Below, one piece after another: positions 51,153 to 55,142 of a DNA stretch of 55,142 nucleotides. The stretch is from an uncultured Planctomycetia bacterium (GTDB taxonomy: Bacteria; Omnitrophota; Gorgyraeia; Duberdicusellales; 4484-171). Under the pieces are notes generated by a model. It saw nothing but the letters and a program-made list of their open reading frames with translations. It made no database searches and was not told where the DNA came from. Position 1 is the stretch's first letter; each line of letters starts with the position of its first letter. The DNA is taken from NCBI GenBank assembly GCA_964455875.1, contig CAYVYZ010000001.1, positions 51,895 through 107,036 of the forward strand, read 5' to 3'. The position numbers were made by a program, and so were the translations under genes.

Positions 51153-52907
51153 TTACCCTCTCATAATACTGTAAAAATCATCTTTTAATGCTTCCTTTAA
51201 AGCGTTATTGAGATACCTTACTACTTCCTTTGGTGTAGACAGATTTAGTACAGAATCAACTATTTTTCTTGCCTCAGAAAACTTTATTTTGTTTATCAAC
51301 CTTTTAATTGTAGGTACGCGCGGCGGTGGCATGCTAAACTCATCCAACCCCATCCCTACAAGCAAAAAGGCAAACAGAACTTCTCCTGCCATCTCTCCAC
51401 ACATGCCTACCCATATCCCACTATTGTGAGCAACATAAATAACATCCTTAATCAACCTCAATACACCTGGATGAGCTGGCTCATAAAGATAAGCTACCTT
51501 TTCATTAGCCCTATCCACTGCTAAAGAATACTGAATTAAGTCGTTGGTTCCAATGCTAAAGAAATCACATTCTTTAGCCAGAACATCAGCTGTCAAAGCA
51601 GCAGAAGGAACTTCAATCATAACTCCCACAGAGATATTCTCATCAAAGCTTTTACCTTCTCTCCTAAGCTCTTTTTTACATTCTTCAAGAACCATCTTGG
51701 CTTTTCTTAATTCATCCACCCCCGAAATCATAGGAAACATTATCTTTATATTGTTATCCACAGAAGCTCTCAATATTGCCCTTAACTGTACTTTAAAGAT
51801 ATCGGGTCGAGCAAGACAAAATCTTATTGCTCTCCATCCCAAAAAAGGAGTAAACTCTTGAGGTACTTCAGGACGGGAAAGAAATTTATCTCCTCCTATA
51901 TCCATTGTTCTTATAATCACAGAGTGCGGTTTTACTTTCTTAGCTACATTAGCGTATGCTTTAAATTGATCCTCCTCAGAAGGTAACTGGCTTTTTCCCA
52001 AGAAAATATATTCTGTCCTGTAAAGCCCTACCCCTTCGGCACCAAAGTTTTCCAGCAGAGGTAACTCTTCGGGTAATTCAATATTGGCAGAAACAACAAG
52101 CTTCCTTCCGTCCAATGTCTGAGATTTAAGTTTCTTAGGAGCAGCAATTATCTTAGCGGCACGTCTTATTTGAGCGGACTTTTTCTGATAAACTTTGATT
52201 GTTCTATCTGTAGGATTTACAATAACAACACCTTCAGCGCCATCAACAATAATGGATTCTCCTCCTTTTATATACTGAGTTGCTACTTCAACACCTACTA
52301 TAGCAGGTATACTAAGATTGCGGGCTAATATTGCTGTATGAGAAGTACTGCCTCCAATATCGGTAACAAAGCCTACAATCTTATCCTTTGGCAAGATAGC
52401 TGTCTCTGCAGGAGATAAATCATGAGCTACTATAACGACCTTTTCTTTAATATCGTAAATTTGAGGTAATTCTTTCTTCAGTAGCTTCCTTAATACTCTT
52501 TTACCTATATCTTTTATGTCAGCTGCTCTTTCCTTTAGATACTCATCGTCAATGTTAACTAAAGTATCTATGTACTTCTTTATACTTTGAGAAAAAGCGT
52601 ATTCTACATTAACTCTTTTCTTTATTTGCTGAATCACATCTTCAATTAGTACTCTATCTTCGAGAACTAAAAGATGCGCCTCAAAAATCTTTGCTTCAGA
52701 GAAACCGAGCTCTCCTGAAATTTTCTGTTGCAAGTTAACAATCTCTCTACGAGTAGCAATCAGAGCCTCTTCCAGTCTATATATTTCGCGGGAGATTTCT
52801 TCATAAGAAATCTTCCTTTTGGGAATAGAAAACTCATCCCTTCCTAAACAATAGGCTTTACCAAAGGCAATACCAACAGAAGCCGCTATACCTTTTAGCT
52901 TAACCAT
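51153..52907 (-). CDS. ptsI: Phosphoenolpyruvate-protein phosphotransferase (PTS Enzyme I)
   Basis: 584 aa. It has the active-site His motif GGSTSHTAILARNLSIPAIVG and GVGLYRTEYIF, FFSIGTNDL. Confidence 0.95.
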   Translation of the reverse strand: MVKLKGIAASVGIAFGKAYCLGRDEFSIPKRKISYEEISREIYRLEEALIATRREIVNLQQKISGELGFSEAKIFEAHLLVLEDRVLIEDVIQQIKKRVNVEYAFSQSIKKYIDTLVNIDDEYLKERAADIKDIGKRVLRKLLKKELPQIYDIKEKVVIVAHDLSPAETAILPKDKIVGFVTDIGGSTSHTAILARNLSIPAIVGVEVATQYIKGGESIIVDGAEGVVIVNPTDRTIKVYQKKSAQIRRAAKIIAAPKKLKSQTLDGRKLVVSANIELPEELPLLENFGAEGVGLYRTEYIFLGKSQLPSEEDQFKAYANVAKKVKPHSVIIRTMDIGGDKFLSRPEVPQEFTPFLGWRAIRFCLARPDIFKVQLRAILRASVDNNIKIMFPMISGVDELRKAKMVLEECKKELRREGKSFDENISVGVMIEVPSAALTADVLAKECDFFSIGTNDLIQYSLAVDRANEKVAYLYEPAHPGVLRLIKDVIYVAHNSGIWVGMCGEMAGEVLFAFLLVGMGLDEFSMPPPRVPTIKRLINKIKFSEARKIVDSVLNLSTPKEVVRYLNNALKEALKDDFYSIMRG

Positions 52908-53166
52908 CTTCGCTCTCCAAAAATTTCCTTAACTCACAGACTGCCTCTTTCGCATCGTCTCCTTCAAGAATTAAACGTACCTTTGTTCCCTTCGCTATAC
53001 CCAAACTCAACACAGCAATGATAGATTTGCCATCAACAACCTCTCCATCCCTTTCTATTTTTACTGCAGAATCAAACTTATTGGCAATCTGCACAAAAAT
53101 AGCAGCTGGCCTAGCATGCAATCCGTGAGTATTCTTTACAACAACTTCCTGCTCAAGCCTTTCCAT
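52900..53166 (-). CDS. ptsH: Phosphocarrier protein HPr
   Basis: I prefer the ATG at 53166, giving MERLEQEVVVKNTHGLHARPAA... (88 aa). The His15 motif GLHARP and a Ser46-like GKSII are both present. The ORF-track start at 53178 is TTG. Confidence 0.92.
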   Translation of the reverse strand: MERLEQEVVVKNTHGLHARPAAIFVQIANKFDSAVKIERDGEVVDGKSIIAVLSLGIAKGTKVRLILEGDDAKEAVCELRKFLESEDG

Positions 53167-54404
53167 TTTTTCTTCCAATTATTATATGTATTCAAAATAA
53201 CCTTCGCCGTCCTATAAGGGTCGTGACGCAAATAATCTGTTCTACTTGCTAAACTGTCTTCTATAACCACCATCCCCATCTTTTTTAAACGTTTCTTGTC
53301 AGGAATAACAGGAAACGACTTCTCCTGAGAATATTTCAAAAGTAAGTTGTATTCTAAGCGGCCAGAATTCACCAAACAACAATCTACAATTTTATCAGCT
53401 GTATGCTTAAAGAGCACCTCTACATGGTCAGCTGCAGTAAAACCATCTGTCTCTCCATGTTGGGTCATAATATTGCATATATACATCTTTAAAGCGCCAC
53501 TTTTTATAATCTCATCTCTTATATCCTTAATAAGAAGGTTGGGCAAAATGCTTGTAAAAAGGCTTCCTGGTCCTAATATAATAATCTCTGCTTCTCTTAT
53601 TGCCTCTATTGCCTCAGGGTTAGACTGGACATCCTGTGGTATAATATGAATTTTTCTTATTGGTTTCTCTACTTTAGAAATCTTATCTTCTCCATCTTTA
53701 ATAGACCCATCTAAATACTCTGCTCTAAGTCTTACTTTATTAAGACTTGCAGGAATCACCCTCCCCCGGATAGCTAAAACTTTACTTGACTCCTCTACTG
53801 CTGCTTTAAAACTTCCAGTAACTTCTGTAAGAGCGGTTATAAAAATATTCCCGAAATTATGCCCTTTCATTCCCTCCCCTTCTCTAAAGCGATATTGAAA
53901 TAAATCACGCATAAGCTGAGGGGCCTCTGCCAAGGAGACCAAACAGTTTCTTATATCTCCCGGAGGTAAAATACCAAATTCCTCTCGTAGTCTCCCTGAA
54001 GAACCACCCTCGTCAGCAACTGTTACAATTGCTGATATATTGGATGTGTATTCTTTTAAACCTTCGAGTATTGTCGACAAACCAGTTCCACCCCCTATAG
54101 CAACAATCTTAGGTCCCCGCGCAAGAAACCTCTTCTCATATATAATATCTATCAAATCTTTTTCTTTATGAGGATATATAGCCTCAAAAAAGCTCTTAAT
54201 AAGGTAAGCAACACCCCCCACAAGAAAAACTACTCCTACTATAAATACCAGATGAGACAAAACCCTAAAAGGAAAGTATGTATCTTTTGACAAATGAGAA
54301 GAAGAAACAAAAATAAGAATAATTCCTGTTACAAGAAGACTTATCCACCGTTTTATTTTCAACCCAGGATAAAACCATCTTATAATCTTTATAAATTTTT
54401 TCAT
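53136..54404 (-). CDS. yvcK: YvcK/CofD-like (gluconeogenesis factor, UPF0052) protein with two N-terminal transmembrane helices
   Basis: 422 aa. It contains IVAIGGGTGLS and GPGSLFTSILPNLL. The N-terminus has hydrophobic stretches WISLLVTGIILIFVSS and LVFIVGVVFLVGGVAYLI. Confidence 0.88.
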   Translation of the reverse strand: MKKFIKIIRWFYPGLKIKRWISLLVTGIILIFVSSSHLSKDTYFPFRVLSHLVFIVGVVFLVGGVAYLIKSFFEAIYPHKEKDLIDIIYEKRFLARGPKIVAIGGGTGLSTILEGLKEYTSNISAIVTVADEGGSSGRLREEFGILPPGDIRNCLVSLAEAPQLMRDLFQYRFREGEGMKGHNFGNIFITALTEVTGSFKAAVEESSKVLAIRGRVIPASLNKVRLRAEYLDGSIKDGEDKISKVEKPIRKIHIIPQDVQSNPEAIEAIREAEIIILGPGSLFTSILPNLLIKDIRDEIIKSGALKMYICNIMTQHGETDGFTAADHVEVLFKHTADKIVDCCLVNSGRLEYNLLLKYSQEKSFPVIPDKKRLKKMGMVVIEDSLASRTDYLRHDPYRTAKVILNTYNNWKKKWKGLSRKLL

Positions 54405-54406
54405 CT

Positions 54407-54883
54407 TTATTTTAACAAATTGTGTTGTCTTATTATCAAATCTATTATCTCTTCTCTACTTTTAGCGTCTCTAAGCTTTTGAACAAAAGATCTATCCCTT
54501 AGGAGCTTCGCCAAATGAGCTAGTGTTTTTAGATGTACGCCTGCTTCCTGCTGATTTGAAAGCAAAAGGACAATAACATAAACTGGCTCATCATCCAAAG
54601 CATCAAAGTCAACGCCTTCTTTTGACACTGCTACGCATATTATTATTTTCTTTATGCATTTTAAACGAGCGTGAGGCAAAGCAATATGTCCACCAATAGC
54701 AGTAGAGCCCATTTCTTCTCTTTGGATTACAGCCTTAAGAATGCTTCTTTTATCTTTTTTATCAATTTTCTTAATATCGGATAAATGGTCAAGAATAGAA
54801 GAAATAATACTTTTTTTATTCTTCCCTTTTATGCCCAGAAACACATCGTCAATTCGCAAACCCTCTATAAACTCATTTACCAT
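54407..54883 (-). CDS. ptsN: PTS EIIA component, fructose/nitrogen (PtsN) type
   Basis: 158 aa. It has the active-site motif GGHIALPHARL and GGAAGGAG 6 nt upstream of the ATG. Confidence 0.88.
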   Translation of the reverse strand: MVNEFIEGLRIDDVFLGIKGKNKKSIISSILDHLSDIKKIDKKDKRSILKAVIQREEMGSTAIGGHIALPHARLKCIKKIIICVAVSKEGVDFDALDDEPVYVIVLLLSNQQEAGVHLKTLAHLAKLLRDRSFVQKLRDAKSREEIIDLIIRQHNLLK

Positions 54884-55031
54884 TCTTACTCCTTCCTCAT
54901 ATGGTATAATTTACTGCCCTGAAGAGTACTTACGACAAAAACACCCCCTTCTTATTCATCTATATTAAATTTAAATTGTTCTCTAATAAATTATAGATAT
55001 CCGAAGTTATATTTTTTTAGGAATGTAGCGT

Positions 55032-55040
55032 ATTATAACA
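55032..55040 (-). promoter_or_regulatory. Candidate extended -10 promoter (TGtTATAAT) upstream of ptsN
   Basis: The minus strand reads TTTGTTATAATACG. TATAAT lies at 55032-55037 with TG one base upstream. It sits about 30 nt after the tRNA-Gly 3' end and about 150 nt before the ptsN ATG. There is no good -35 element. Confidence 0.35.
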
Positions 55041-55069
55041 AAGAGGATTAATGTCACTTATCTAAAAAG

Positions 55070-55142
55070 AGCGAGGGACGGGGCTTGAACCCGCAACCAC
55101 CACGTTGGCAACGTGGTGCTCTTCCAATTGAGCTACCCTCGC
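55070..55142 (-). tRNA. tRNA-Gly (anticodon GCC)
   Basis: The reverse complement GCGAGGGTAGCTCAATTGGAAGAGCACCACGTTGCCAACGTGGTGGTTGCGGGTTCAAGCCCCGTCCCTCGCT folds as a cloverleaf. It has the acceptor stem GCGAGGG/CCCTCGC and an anticodon stem CCACG/CGTGG with loop TTGCCAA. Its 5' end coincides with the window edge. Confidence 0.9.

Noticed and set aside
54884-55069. The 186-nt spacer between tRNA-Gly and ptsN was examined for a sigma-54 promoter, a riboswitch or a small RNA. It contains a second TATAAT at 54990-54995 and a 9-codon ORF, MNKKGVFLS*.
   Set aside because: There is no GG-N10-GC sigma-54 element, no recognisable structured motif and no SD for the mini-ORF. Only the extended -10 element was kept, as a low-confidence feature.
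1-55142. Search for CRISPR arrays, IS or transposon ends, integrases, toxin-antitoxin pairs, defence genes, rRNA, inteins or frameshifted pseudogenes
   Set aside because: None was seen. Every ORF over 60 aa on the coding strand is a recognisable housekeeping gene of normal length. The total intergenic space is too small to hide an array or element. The only repeats are the heptads around tRNA-Arg.

Overview
This is a low-GC, very gene-dense core-genome segment. I count about 1.3 kb of non-coding DNA in 55 kb. Every gene I can support lies on the minus strand: 68 CDS and 4 tRNAs. The centre (about 12.6-42.2 kb) is one unbroken translation/transcription array: tRNA-Thr, rpmG, tRNA-Trp, secE, nusG, rplKAJL, rpoBC, rpsLG, fusA, tuf, then the S10, spc and alpha ribosomal-protein operons ending at rplQ. 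At lower coordinates, transcriptionally downstream, lies a central-carbon block. It holds LeuC-like and LeuD-like hydro-lyase subunits split by pilT, then icd, mdh and an Lpd-like flavoprotein, followed by glyQS, ppdK, a short sigma-70 factor, apt, tRNA-Arg(CCT) and the 5' part of a signal-peptide (outer-membrane-like) protein. At higher coordinates lie plsY, pgsA, lepB, lepA, cmk, an aromatic amino-acid operon (tyrA, aroF, hisC, pheA), a sugar nucleotidyltransferase and a transporter-less regulatory PTS cluster (ptsN, yvcK, ptsH, ptsI), preceded by tRNA-Gly(GCC). Two small genes missing from the ORF track were recovered by hand: rpmJ and rpmG. I found no mobile element, CRISPR array, defence island, pseudogene or orphan gene cluster, and I cannot defend any claim of a novel system here. 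The findings are modest oddities. They include inverted heptad-repeat arrays bracketing tRNA-Arg, a four-cysteine insertion in EF-Tu, pilT embedded between the hydro-lyase subunits, an rpoC/rpsL overlap that fuses the rpoBC and str operons, absence of rpmD, and a membrane-anchored YvcK. Hand-derived coordinates could be off by 1 nt, because one local check against the ORF track near 50.4 kb disagreed by a single base.
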